From the NCBI GenBank assembly GCA_040756235.1, contig JBFLZG010000114.1, positions 1 through 64,000 of the forward strand: a stretch of DNA of 64,000 bases, written 5' to 3'. Made by a program: the position numbers and the translations under genes. The notes beneath the pieces are model-generated. The model did no database searches and was not told the origin of the DNA. It saw nothing but the letters and a program-made list of their open reading frames with translations. This DNA is from a bacterium (lineage in GTDB: Bacteria > Desulfobacterota > DSWW01). This document shows, in pieces, positions 18,625 to 27,781 of the stretch (positions are counted from its first letter, which is position 1; each line of letters opens with the position of its first letter).

Positions 18625-19905
18625 TCACACCGGCTGAAAGCTCGCCGCCGCCCTGCGCGGGATGAGGATCCGGTACGCCGCCAGCAGGTTCTTGGAGACG
18701 TGCTCCCACGCAAGCTCTTCCCGGATGCGGCGGGCGCCGAGCTCCCCCATCTTCTCCCGCTCCTCCGGGTGGTCCATGAGGTGCGCGATGGCCTCGGCAA
18801 AGGCCCTTTCATCGTTGGGGCACACGTAGAGCGCAGCCTCGCGGGCGGTGTATCTCGTTTCCTTGAGATCGAAGCTCACCACGGGCTTGCCGAGGGCCAT
18901 GTACTCCATCACCTTGATCCAGGTAGAGACGTCGTTCAGCGGGCTGGAGGGGTCCGGGTCGACGCAGATTTCGGCGGCCGAGAGGTAGCGGAGCTTTTCC
19001 TCGTGATCGATATATCCCGTGAACCGGACGTGGTCCTGAATTCCCAGCTCTATGGAGAGTTGCTTCAGCGCCTCCAGGGAATCCCCGCTCCCGATGAGGA
19101 CGCAGTAGAAATCGTCTCTCCCGAGATCGAAGCGCAGGCGCTTCAACGACCTGAGGAGATAGTCCACCCCGTCCTGCGGGTTCATGGCCCCCAAGTACCC
19201 GAGGATGTGCTTCCCGAGGCTCTTCAACCGTTCGTCCGGCGCGACCCGCCTCACGGTGGCGAGGTCGGGTCCGTTCCGGACCACGTACACGGCTTCCGGC
19301 TTCCTTTTGCCCCGCGCGATCTGGATTCCCCGGTAGGACTCGTTTGTCGCGATCGAGAGGTCGGCCACCTTGAGGGACAGGCGCTCCGCCATCAGAAGCC
19401 CTCTGCGGATGAGATCGCTTCCTTTCCCGAACCTGGAAATGTACAGTTCCGGCGAAAGGTCGTGGTGGTCGAAGACGAACTTCTTGCCAAGGAGCTTGTA
19501 CGCCGCGCCGATCACGAACATGGTGTCCGGCGGGTTGTGGACGTGGATCACGTCGAAGCCTTCGCGCAGGAGAAGGATCGGGCTGACAAGCGCCCCCAGG
19601 CCGGTGAAGTAGGCGTACTGGAGGACATAGGCGGCCGCCTGCAGGAGTCGGCGGGGAAGGGACGCAGCCCCGTTCCCTTTCGCTGTCGACGCCCTCTCGA
19701 ACAGGCTCGGTTGCGGTACCCTGTAAACCCGGACGCCCTCGACCGTCTCCCGGCTCTTCTCCCCCTTCCCCTTCAGGGCGAGAACGGTGACCTTGTATCC
19801 GTTCCGGGCCAGGGTGTAGGCCTCGTTCCGGACCCGAGGATCGTGGGGAAAGTAGTTCTGGACGAGCATGAGAACGCTACCAGCAGATGCCGCAGTATCG
19901 TTCAT
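18625..19905 (-). CDS. Glycosyltransferase family 4 (WbuB-like)
   Basis: DPRVRNEA, HNPPD, DHHDLSPE, KVMEYMA. Confidence 0.92.
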   Translation of the reverse strand: MNDTAASAGSVLMLVQNYFPHDPRVRNEAYTLARNGYKVTVLALKGKGEKSRETVEGVRVYRVPQPSLFERASTAKGNGAASLPRRLLQAAAYVLQYAYFTGLGALVSPILLLREGFDVIHVHNPPDTMFVIGAAYKLLGKKFVFDHHDLSPELYISRFGKGSDLIRRGLLMAERLSLKVADLSIATNESYRGIQIARGKRKPEAVYVVRNGPDLATVRRVAPDERLKSLGKHILGYLGAMNPQDGVDYLLRSLKRLRFDLGRDDFYCVLIGSGDSLEALKQLSIELGIQDHVRFTGYIDHEEKLRYLSAAEICVDPDPSSPLNDVSTWIKVMEYMALGKPVVSFDLKETRYTAREAALYVCPNDERAFAEAIAHLMDHPEEREKMGELGARRIREELAWEHVSKNLLAAYRILIPRRAAASFQPV

Positions 19906-21193
19906 GAGGCCCTCTCAGAAGGTTGGGGATTCGAACCATGTCCACGATCACCTTTCCGGAATCGAGCCGGGAGAGGACGCCGTCGAGCTCGGGGCACCGG
20001 TTGCCGACGACCAGAACGTCGGACTGCTCGATGACCTCCTCGGCCGACGCTTTCATGAGGCAGGAGATGTGGGGAATCGTCTTCTCGATATATTTCCGGT
20101 TCGCCCCGATGAGCTTCGTCAGGGAAACCTCCCGGTCGTAGATGCGGATCTGGTAGCCCTTGCCGATGAGCTTCTCGACAAGATCCACGAGCGGGCTCTC
20201 CCGCAGATCATCGGTCGCCGGCTTGAAGCTGAGCCCGAGGACTCCGACCCTCTTTTTCCCGGTCCTCTCCACGAGGGTAAAGGCCTCACGGATCTGCCGC
20301 TCGTTGCTCGGGAGGACGGCGGCGAGGACCGGGAGCTCCAGATCGAGCTGCTTGGCCTTGTAGAGCAGGGCCCGGAGGTCCTTGGGAAGGCAGGAGCCAC
20401 CGAAGGCGAACCCGGGCTTCAGGTACTGCGCGGAAAGGTTGAGCTTCGTGTCCGTGCAGAAGATCTCCATCACTTCATGACTGTCGATGCCGAGCCTCTT
20501 GCACCAATTGCCGATCTCGTTTCCGAAGCAGACCTTCAGGGCGTGAAAGGCATTGCAGACGTATTTCACGGCTTCGGCGGTCCGGATCCGGGTACGAATG
20601 ACAGGGGCGTCGACCTCCCGGTACAGCTCGGCCACCCGCCCTCCGCTCTCTTCGTCCAGCTCGCCGATCAGGGTGAAGGGAGGTTTGCGGAAATCTCTGA
20701 GGGAAGTCCCCTCGCGGAGAAACTCGGGATTCACGCAGACGCCGAAGTCCACGGATCTTCTCTTGCCCGAGGACCTCTCGAGGATGGGAATGAGGACCTC
20801 TTCCGTGGTCCCCGGAAGCAGGGTGCTCCGGACGTTCACCACGTGACGCGTGTGTTGGCGGCGCAAATAGCCGCCGATCTGCTCCGCGACCTTGCACACG
20901 GATTCCAGATTCAGGCTTCCGTTCGAGTAGCCCGGGGTCCCGACGCAGACCATGGAGACCTCTGCTTCCGGAAGGCGCTCCAGGTCATTCGTCGTGGCCA
21001 GCAGCCTCCCGGAGCGGATGGCTTCCCGGATGGCTTCCGCCAGCCCCGGCTCCACGATAGGACTCTTGCCCTTGTTGAGGACCTTCACCTTGTTCGAGTC
21101 CACGTCGACGCCGGTGACGACGTGACCCTGGTTTGCAAGGCAGGCGGCCGAGACACAGCCTACGTAGCCCAGACCGAAAAGATTGACTCTCAT
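19877..21193 (-). CDS. GDP-mannose/UDP-glucose 6-dehydrogenase (AlgD-like)
   Basis: MRVNLFGLGYVG, NPEFLREG, FGGSCLPKD, C-terminal GICW as in AlgD; start ATG 21193. Confidence 0.93.
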   Translation of the reverse strand: MRVNLFGLGYVGCVSAACLANQGHVVTGVDVDSNKVKVLNKGKSPIVEPGLAEAIREAIRSGRLLATTNDLERLPEAEVSMVCVGTPGYSNGSLNLESVCKVAEQIGGYLRRQHTRHVVNVRSTLLPGTTEEVLIPILERSSGKRRSVDFGVCVNPEFLREGTSLRDFRKPPFTLIGELDEESGGRVAELYREVDAPVIRTRIRTAEAVKYVCNAFHALKVCFGNEIGNWCKRLGIDSHEVMEIFCTDTKLNLSAQYLKPGFAFGGSCLPKDLRALLYKAKQLDLELPVLAAVLPSNERQIREAFTLVERTGKKRVGVLGLSFKPATDDLRESPLVDLVEKLIGKGYQIRIYDREVSLTKLIGANRKYIEKTIPHISCLMKASAEEVIEQSDVLVVGNRCPELDGVLSRLDSGKVIVDMVRIPNLLRGPHERYCGICW

Positions 21194-22161
21194 CTGCCTT
21201 CCACTCGCAAGGCGCTCCATGCACCCGGGTGCGCGCCGGCAGGTGCGGCGCATCGTCCCCGCCAGAACCGCGCGACTTCCCTGGGCAAAGCGTTCCAGAA
21301 CAAATTCTCGTACCGCTGCCGGACGTGGGAGAGAAACTCGAGGTAGAGACGGACCGGGTATTCCCCGGGTCGGAAGCTCCCCGCTTGAAAGCGCATGTAG
21401 TCCGGGTGGGCGATCAGCAGGGCCATGCCGCCTTTTTCGGCGATCCAGGCGAGCTTCTCCTTCCACACGGCGATGCCCGGCTCTCGGAGCAGTACGAACA
21501 GGGTGAAGTCCTGCGGGAGCGTGTAGGGAAGCTCCACGTAGCCCCCTCGGTCCCCGCGCGGCTCCACAAAGAACGGAAAGATCGTCCTCGCGCCGTCAGG
21601 TTGGGGCTCAAACGGGTCGGTGTCAAAGGTCGAGGCGTCGTATTCGATCTCCAGGTCCCGGATCCAGTCCAGGTTGTGCTGCATGGAAGGCGAGCGGAAC
21701 CCGACTGCCCTCCACTGGCGCAGGTAGGCGTTGATCTTTTTGGCGCGGAGGTCGAACTCGGCCCTGGACTCGTAAAGCCTCCCGTCGTGGAGCAACCCGT
21801 GCACCCCAATCTCGAAGCCTCCTCGGGCGAGCTCATCCCGCAGTCCCGCCGAAACCGTGTAGCGCTCGGGGACGAAGTTGAAGGCGGACCGGAGCCCCAG
21901 CTTCTCTTCGAGCGCCGCCAGCTCCGCGCATCTTCTGTGCCCCGCGGCCGTTTCCACGTCGTGGGTGAGGACCAGGGCGAAGCGCTTGCCCTGCGGCCAT
22001 CCGCGCCACCCCCGGGGAGGGTCGCCTGCCGCCCTGTCCACGGGCCAGGTATCCTGATGCAGGCGGCGCACTCGCGCCACCCACTTTCGGCGCAGCAGGA
22101 TTTGCAGGCGCCTGGGCAGGACGGGCTTCATGAGGTAGTAGACGCGGCTCAGGAGGCTCAT
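21190..22161 (-). CDS. Polysaccharide deacetylase family (CE4-like)
   Basis: LTHDVE, EIGVHGLLH, GFRSP, HPDY; start ATG 22161. Confidence 0.85.
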   Translation of the reverse strand: MSLLSRVYYLMKPVLPRRLQILLRRKWVARVRRLHQDTWPVDRAAGDPPRGWRGWPQGKRFALVLTHDVETAAGHRRCAELAALEEKLGLRSAFNFVPERYTVSAGLRDELARGGFEIGVHGLLHDGRLYESRAEFDLRAKKINAYLRQWRAVGFRSPSMQHNLDWIRDLEIEYDASTFDTDPFEPQPDGARTIFPFFVEPRGDRGGYVELPYTLPQDFTLFVLLREPGIAVWKEKLAWIAEKGGMALLIAHPDYMRFQAGSFRPGEYPVRLYLEFLSHVRQRYENLFWNALPREVARFWRGRCAAPAGAHPGAWSALRVEGR

Positions 22162-22280
22162 GTGCGAATTGCCAACCGATGACGTTTGAAGGAACTCTGC
22201 ATCTGATGCGCCCCGCACTCTGACCTGTGTCTCTACGGGGGCGAGGGTGTAGGCTCGGTCGCCTGCTGCGAGATCTTCGC

Positions 22281-22369
22281 CCCCCCTTTCGTAAAGGGGG
22301 GCTGGGGGGATTTCGGATGGAAAAGGCTGAGCTCGAAAATCCCCCCTACCCCCCTTTTTCAAAGGGGGG
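22281..22369. repeat. Inverted pair of 33-bp C/G-run REP-like palindromes
   Basis: CCCCCCTTTCGTAAAGGGGGGCTGGGGGGATTT (22281-22313) and inverted copy AAATCCCCCCTACCCCCCTTTTTCAAAGGGGGG (22337-22369). Confidence 0.8.
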
Positions 22370-22411
22370 CAAAAGAATAGACGCAGAGTGGTTTGCTCGC
22401 CTCAACGTTAA

Positions 22412-22453
22412 CCCCTCATCCTGACCTTCTCCCTTCGGCGAGGGGAGAAGGGA
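22412..22453. repeat. CCCTC-type REP-like palindrome overlapping the aminotransferase stop codon
   Basis: CCCCTCATCCTGACCTTCTCCCCTTCGGCGAGGGGAGAAGGG hairpin. Confidence 0.7.
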
Positions 22454-23660
22454 CGAAAAAATCGACGGCGGAGGATGCCTGCCTGGGACCCAGGAAGTCC
22501 CGGATCGCCTCCGCTACTTCACGGATCCGATCCGGCTCGAGCTCGGGGTACATGGGCAGCGAAAGAACGGCCGAGGCCGCCGCTTCGGAGACGGGAAACG
22601 ACCTCGTTCGGTAGCCCAGGCCCTCGTAGGATTTCTGCAGATGCAGGGGAATCGGGTAGTGGAGCCCGGTTGCGATCCCCTTCTTCAGCAGGTGATCTTT
22701 CAATCCGTCCCGCTCACGCGTCCGGACCACGTACAGGTGATAGACGGCCCTGCCCCAGGCGGCTTCGTAAGGGACCGTGAGCCCTTGCACGTTCTCCAGG
22801 AGCCGTCTGTACAGCCGGGCGGCTTTCCGGCGGTTCTGGTTCCATTGGCGGAGGCGCCTGAGCTTGATCCGGAGGACGGCGGCCTGCACCGCATCCAGCC
22901 TGCCGTTGTATCCCTCGGTCTCGTGGATGTACTTCCTGGACTGACCGTGGTCCCGGAGCATGCGGATCCTGGCCGCGATCTCCTGGTTGCTCGTGGTCAC
23001 CGCCCCCGCCTCGCCGCAGGCTCCGAGGTTCTTTCCGGGGTAGAAGCTGAACGCCCCCGCGACCCCCATGGAACCGGCCTTCCTCCAGGAGCGTTCCTTG
23101 CGCAGGAAGCATTCGGCTCCGTGCGCCTGGCAGGCATCCTCGATCACGCACAGACCGTGCCGGGCGGCGATCTCCAGGATGGGGTCCATATCGGCCGGAT
23201 GGCCGTAGAGATGGACGGGAACGATTGCGGCCACGGGCAGGTGAGTGGTTCTGTCCACGGGGTAGCGGTCGCCGCGCCGGTGCAGGCAGCCGTCGCTCAG
23301 GTAGGCACCGAGCTTTGCCGGGTCCATGGTGCAGGTCCGTTCGTGCACGTCGACGAACACGGGGACCGCTCCGGCCTGTGAGATCGCCTCGGTCGTGGCG
23401 ATGAACGTGTGCGGCACGGTCAGGACCGCCTGGCCCGGCCGGATGCCGCAGGCCATCAGGGCGAAGCGCAGGGCGTCCGTGCCGCTGCTCACGCCGACGC
23501 AGTCCGCGGTGCCGCAAAACGCCGCGAACTCTCTCTCGAAGGCCTCCACCTCGGGCCCTCCGACGAAGCAGGCCGTGCGCAGGGCTTCGCGGAACATGCC
23601 CACGAGCTCTTCTTCGAGCGCCGCATGCTGCGGCTTGAGGTCCAGGAACGGGATGCTCAT
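22416..23660 (-). CDS. DegT/DnrJ/EryC1/StrS aminotransferase (WbpE-like)
   Basis: MSIPFLDL, SSGTDAL, EDACQAHGA, SFYPGKNLG (PLP lysine). Confidence 0.95.
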   Translation of the reverse strand: MSIPFLDLKPQHAALEEELVGMFREALRTACFVGGPEVEAFEREFAAFCGTADCVGVSSGTDALRFALMACGIRPGQAVLTVPHTFIATTEAISQAGAVPVFVDVHERTCTMDPAKLGAYLSDGCLHRRGDRYPVDRTTHLPVAAIVPVHLYGHPADMDPILEIAARHGLCVIEDACQAHGAECFLRKERSWRKAGSMGVAGAFSFYPGKNLGACGEAGAVTTSNQEIAARIRMLRDHGQSRKYIHETEGYNGRLDAVQAAVLRIKLRRLRQWNQNRRKAARLYRRLLENVQGLTVPYEAAWGRAVYHLYVVRTRERDGLKDHLLKKGIATGLHYPIPLHLQKSYEGLGYRTRSFPVSEAAASAVLSLPMYPELEPDRIREVAEAIRDFLGPRQASSAVDFFVPSPLAEGRRSG

Positions 23661-24373
23661 GGTGATTTCTCGCTTCTTCGTACGCGCGCCGGATTGCCGG
23701 CAACGACGGCTCCTGCCGGTACGTCCCGGGTGACCACGCTTCCCGCGCCCACCATGGCGCGCTCGCCGATGGTCACGTCCCCCAGCACGGTCGCCCCGGA
23801 TCCGATCGAGGCGCCCTTCTTCACCACCGTGGGTAACACGACCCAGTCTTTCTCGCTTTGGAGCCGGCCCGAGGCATTCGTAGCCCTGGGGTGCTTGTCG
23901 TTGATGAAGGTGACGCCGTGGCCGACGAAGACGTCGTCCTCGATCGTCACCCCCTCGCAGATGAAGGTGTGGCTTTGGATCTTGCAGTCCGAGCCGATCA
24001 CCGCGTTTTTCTGGATCTCGACGAAGGGGCCTACCCGGGTGCGGTCTCCGATGCGGCAGCCGTAAAGATTCACGAACTCACCGATCCACACGTCCCGCCC
24101 GAGGCGGACGTCCGGGGCGATGCGCCTGAGAGGGTGCGGGGCAGCCGCGGAATGGCGCCGGAAGACCGAGCCGGCCGCGCTGCGGGGCGCGCGGGTTACC
24201 CGGGCGAGAAGCCGGACCCAGGCCTCGAGCGCCGAGCGTGCCCGCGACACGGGTGCCGCGGCCGCGACACCGCTCGGCCTGCCGGATCGGAGATCCTCAT
24301 CGATAGCCCGCGGGACCGGCTGCCGGCCGCGGCGCCCGGCTCGTTCAAGCAGCATGTTCCAACAATCCCGCAT
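23657..24373 (-). CDS. Hexapeptide-repeat N-acetyltransferase (WbpD-like)
   Basis: Left-handed beta-helix repeats, VFVGHGVTFIND, GAGSVVTRDVP..VAGNPAR; start uncertain. Confidence 0.9.
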   Translation of the reverse strand: MRDCWNMLLERAGRRGRQPVPRAIDEDLRSGRPSGVAAAAPVSRARSALEAWVRLLARVTRAPRSAAGSVFRRHSAAAPHPLRRIAPDVRLGRDVWIGEFVNLYGCRIGDRTRVGPFVEIQKNAVIGSDCKIQSHTFICEGVTIEDDVFVGHGVTFINDKHPRATNASGRLQSEKDWVVLPTVVKKGASIGSGATVLGDVTIGERAMVGAGSVVTRDVPAGAVVAGNPARVRRSEKSP

Positions 24374-25382
24374 ACCTCACCGGAACCTGCGCACCGTGGC
24401 GTTTCAGGGATTCGCTTGCGGCCTCGAGGACGGAAACGACCCTCAGACCGTCGTAGCCGCAGGTCCGGGGAGACAGGTTCTTTTCGATGCATTCGAGGAA
24501 ATGGCTGCACTCGAGCCGGAGCGGCTCGTAATCCTCGATGCGGGGGGAGTAGATGTCACCGTAGCGGTAGGAGAACTGGAACTCTCCATAATTGTCGTAG
24601 TAGGAGGGGGCCTGGACTCCCTTGTCGTAGATCTTGATCTTCTCCTGCGGCTCGGTGTCATTGTAGACGAGCATCTTCTTGGTGCCGACGATGGTCGTCC
24701 AGCGGATCTTGTTCGGGTCCAGCCAGCTGTTGTGGATGAAAGCGATGGTCGCGTCCGAGAAGAAGAGCGTCATGGTGGCGACGTCTTCGATGCCTTTCTG
24801 GTAATGGGCGCCACCCTGGCAGTTCACGGACAGGCAGGTCTTGCCGAGGACATAGGTGATGATGGAGATGTCGTGGGGCGCCAGGTCCCAGATCACGTTG
24901 ATGTCCTTCTGGAAGAGCCCCAGGTTCAGCCGCATGCTCTGCACGTACAGGATGTCCCCCAGCTCTCCCCGGCTCACGATCTCCTTGATCTTGTTGACCG
25001 CGGCCGTGTACTCGAAGGTGTGTCCCACCATGAGGACCTTGCGCTGCGCCTCGGCCAGGCGGATCAGGTCGACGCAGCAGTCGGTCGAGTGGCACAGCGG
25101 CTTTTCCACGAACACGTGTTTGCCGCGCAGGAGAGCGAGCCGGGCCAGCTCGTGGTGGGAGCGCACCGGGGTGGCAATGCCGATGGCGTCGATCGCGGGG
25201 TTCTGCAGGAGCTGGTTGTGATCCGTCGTGATCTGAATGCCGGGAAAGAGAGTCTTCATGCGGTCGAGCTTCTTGGTGTCGAAATCGCAGCACATCAGGA
25301 CCCTGCAGTTCGGGAGCTGGAGAAAGTTGCGGATCAGGTTGGGTCCCCAATAGCCGCAACCGATGATGCCGATGTTCACCAT
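24345..25382 (-). CDS. Gfo/Idh/MocA oxidoreductase (WbpB-like)
   Basis: GCGYWG Rossmann motif, VEKP, WDLAPHD. Confidence 0.93.
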   Translation of the reverse strand: MVNIGIIGCGYWGPNLIRNFLQLPNCRVLMCCDFDTKKLDRMKTLFPGIQITTDHNQLLQNPAIDAIGIATPVRSHHELARLALLRGKHVFVEKPLCHSTDCCVDLIRLAEAQRKVLMVGHTFEYTAAVNKIKEIVSRGELGDILYVQSMRLNLGLFQKDINVIWDLAPHDISIITYVLGKTCLSVNCQGGAHYQKGIEDVATMTLFFSDATIAFIHNSWLDPNKIRWTTIVGTKKMLVYNDTEPQEKIKIYDKGVQAPSYYDNYGEFQFSYRYGDIYSPRIEDYEPLRLECSHFLECIEKNLSPRTCGYDGLRVVSVLEAASESLKRHGAQVPVRYAGLLEHAA

Positions 25383-25552
25383 GACTCACCTCGAAGACGC
25401 TCCGTGCCGGTCCGGTTGTCGACAGCGGCGTCTTGGCAAAGAGAAATGAGAGGGGAGCAGCTACGGCTCACCTGTGAAGGGGCTCTTCGACGGGTAGCCT
25501 GCTCCGGCGTGGGCTTCGCCCGGACCCGTGCCGTGCCGGCTCGGGCGCCGGA

Positions 25553-26743
25553 TCAGTACGCTCCCTCGGCCGACAAAACGGCGCGGAGTGTCTTCAGGAG
25601 GATCTTGCAGTCGGCCCAGAGAGACCAATTGTCCGCGTATTGAAGGTCGAGGCGTACCATGTCGTCGAAGCTCGTCTTGCTCCTGCCGCTGACCTGCCAA
25701 AGGCCCGTCAGCCCCGGCTTGACGTCCAGGAACCTGGCGGAATGCCATGGCTTGTACTCCTCGACTTCGTAGGGAATGGGCGGGCGCGGGCCCACCAGGC
25801 TCATGTCCCCCCTGAGCACGTTACAGAGCTGAGGCAGCTCGTCCAGGCTGGTCCTTCGCAGGACCCGGCCGAGCCGGGTCACGCGCGGATCGCGGCACAT
25901 CTTGAAAACAGGGTCTTCATGAGGATCGGGGCGGATCTTGTGGTCTCTCCCGTTGATGTAACCGGTCACGAAGTCTTTGTGGGATTCGGGGTCCGCCCCC
26001 GCTGCCATCGAGCGGAACTTGTAGAACACGAACCTGCGGCCGCGGTAGCCGACTCTCTGCTGTCGAAACAGCGCCGGTCCCGGGGAGGTCAGCCTGATGA
26101 GGGCAGCGATCCCGAGCATCGGGATACAGGCCAGGAGGAGGATCCCCATCGCCCCGGCGATGTCCACCAGCCTTTTCAAGGCGCGCTCGAAGGAGCTGGA
26201 GCCGGGCGGGAACAGGGTCCCGTCGTCAGGCTGGTCAGGCGGCCTTCTCGAGGGGTCGTCCGGACTGTTGTCCTGCGTGCCCGCTCTTTTCGGCCTCACC
26301 GGGGTTCCGCCGAAGGAGCGCACGCAAAAGCAGTCGGTCAGTCTTTCAGGGTCCAGCGCGGCCGACCCTTTGGCGATGCTGGCGACGATCTTCTCTCGAA
26401 ACCTGAAGGCGCCGGCCAAGGGCGTGTCGGGCAGGATGACGCCGATCCTCTTGCGATCGAGCCAGCCCTTGATGTCCGTTTTTCGAGGTTCCGAAGCGAG
26501 GCTTCGCACGACCTGCTCCTCCAATTTGCGGCAGGATCTGTAGGTGCCTCCTCCGTTGAGGGCCGAGGGCATCCGGAGGAGGTCGGCAATCAATACCGAA
26601 AACGGGGCTCCCGTGCGCCGGGTCCGCTCCAGCTCCTCCCGGAGGCGCAGGAGGAGGTACGGCCTGCCGTGGAGCCCCGTGGCTCTTGCCAGGGACGGAA
26701 ATCGATCGTCCCGGGCGCTTTGCCGGCTGGGGAGAATCTTCAT
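25553..26743 (-). CDS. Priming sugar transferase (Bac_transf) with N-terminal degenerate GGDEF-like domain
   Basis: C-terminal KRLVDI, KFRSM, SLDELPQL, VGPRP, PGLTGLWQV; N-terminal EELERTRR...FSVLIADL...RKTDIKGWLDRKRIGVILPDT. Confidence 0.9.
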   Translation of the reverse strand: MKILPSRQSARDDRFPSLARATGLHGRPYLLLRLREELERTRRTGAPFSVLIADLLRMPSALNGGGTYRSCRKLEEQVVRSLASEPRKTDIKGWLDRKRIGVILPDTPLAGAFRFREKIVASIAKGSAALDPERLTDCFCVRSFGGTPVRPKRAGTQDNSPDDPSRRPPDQPDDGTLFPPGSSSFERALKRLVDIAGAMGILLLACIPMLGIAALIRLTSPGPALFRQQRVGYRGRRFVFYKFRSMAAGADPESHKDFVTGYINGRDHKIRPDPHEDPVFKMCRDPRVTRLGRVLRRTSLDELPQLCNVLRGDMSLVGPRPPIPYEVEEYKPWHSARFLDVKPGLTGLWQVSGRSKTSFDDMVRLDLQYADNWSLWADCKILLKTLRAVLSAEGAY

Positions 26744-26842
26744 ATCCGATCCCTTTGAAAAGGAGAGGGTGCCGACTGAGGGTGCGGCGCGGAGGTCGTT
26801 TGACACCCGCGAGAGGAAGGAGCCTGTTGGGACAGGCTCTAG

Positions 26843-27781
26843 CTACTTGTAATAGCGATAATATGAGGAGTAACTGGAAGTCTCGAATTCGGCCCGGTTG
26901 AGAACCACGCCGATAATCTTCTTGCGGTCGAGCTCCTGGATCTCCCGCTTCACGAGATCCCTCTGGGTGCTCTCCGCCAGGATGACCAGCAGGATGGCGT
27001 CCACCATGCTGCAAAGCACGTTCGGCTCGGAAGTGGAGCCCAGGGGCGTTGAATCGACGATGACGTAGGCATTGTCGTAGCGCTCCGTCAGAAAACGGAG
27101 GAGGTCCTTCATCCTGTCTGCAGCGACCAGCTCGGCAGGGTTTACGGATGGATTGCCCGCCGGCAGAACGTAGAGCCCGTCGATGTCGGTGCCCACCAGA
27201 TATCTCTCGACGTCGGTCTCCTCTGCCAGCACGGCCGCAAGGCCGGAGCTACCCTTGAGGCCGAGGAGAGCGCTCAGGTTTCGCCTTCTCATGTCCGCGT
27301 CGATCAGGATGACTGTCGAGCCTTCCCGGCTCGCCAGCACGGCGGACAGATTGATGGAAACCGTGGTCTTGCCCTCGCCCGGCAGGCAGCTCGTGACGAG
27401 CACGGAGCGCAGGGGCTGCTCCTCCCGGCGCGCGGCAAGGATCCTCCTGAGCTTTCGGAACTGCTCGGTCATGACGGAGTCCGCCTCGGGAAGATGCCTG
27501 CAGACCCGAACGCTCCCGGGGAGACCGTGGGGCAAGACCCTCGGATGGGACACTCCCCGGGAAACGAGCCGGGGTTGGGCAGAGAGGAAGGGAGGCTCCG
27601 GCGGGCCCTCCTTCCACGGCGAGGAACCCTCCGGGGAAGCAGAAGGGATCCATGACTTCGGCTGGACGTTCTCGTCGGGTTTCTTCGTCACGGCTTTCTT
27701 CTCTGCCTTCCTGGGCTTTCCTGCGCGGAAGCGTTCTGACAATTTGATTCTCCGCCGCCCCGAATGTTTCGGCGCCTTCAC
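26843..27781 (-). CDS. CpsD/CapB BY tyrosine kinase (Wzc kinase domain)
   Basis: EQFRKLR, PGEGKTT, IDADMR, VDSTP, Tyr cluster SYSSYYRYYK. Confidence 0.93.
   Translation of the reverse strand: MKAPKHSGRRRIKLSERFRAGKPRKAEKKAVTKKPDENVQPKSWIPSASPEGSSPWKEGPPEPPFLSAQPRLVSRGVSHPRVLPHGLPGSVRVCRHLPEADSVMTEQFRKLRRILAARREEQPLRSVLVTSCLPGEGKTTVSINLSAVLASREGSTVILIDADMRRRNLSALLGLKGSSGLAAVLAEETDVERYLVGTDIDGLYVLPAGNPSVNPAELVAADRMKDLLRFLTERYDNAYVIVDSTPLGSTSEPNVLCSMVDAILLVILAESTQRDLVKREIQELDRKKIIGVVLNRAEFETSSYSSYYRYYK

Noticed and set aside
22162..22362. Longer deacetylase start (MKKGGRGDF...)
   Set aside because: Extension is read through the C/G-run palindromes; ATG 22161 is more plausible.
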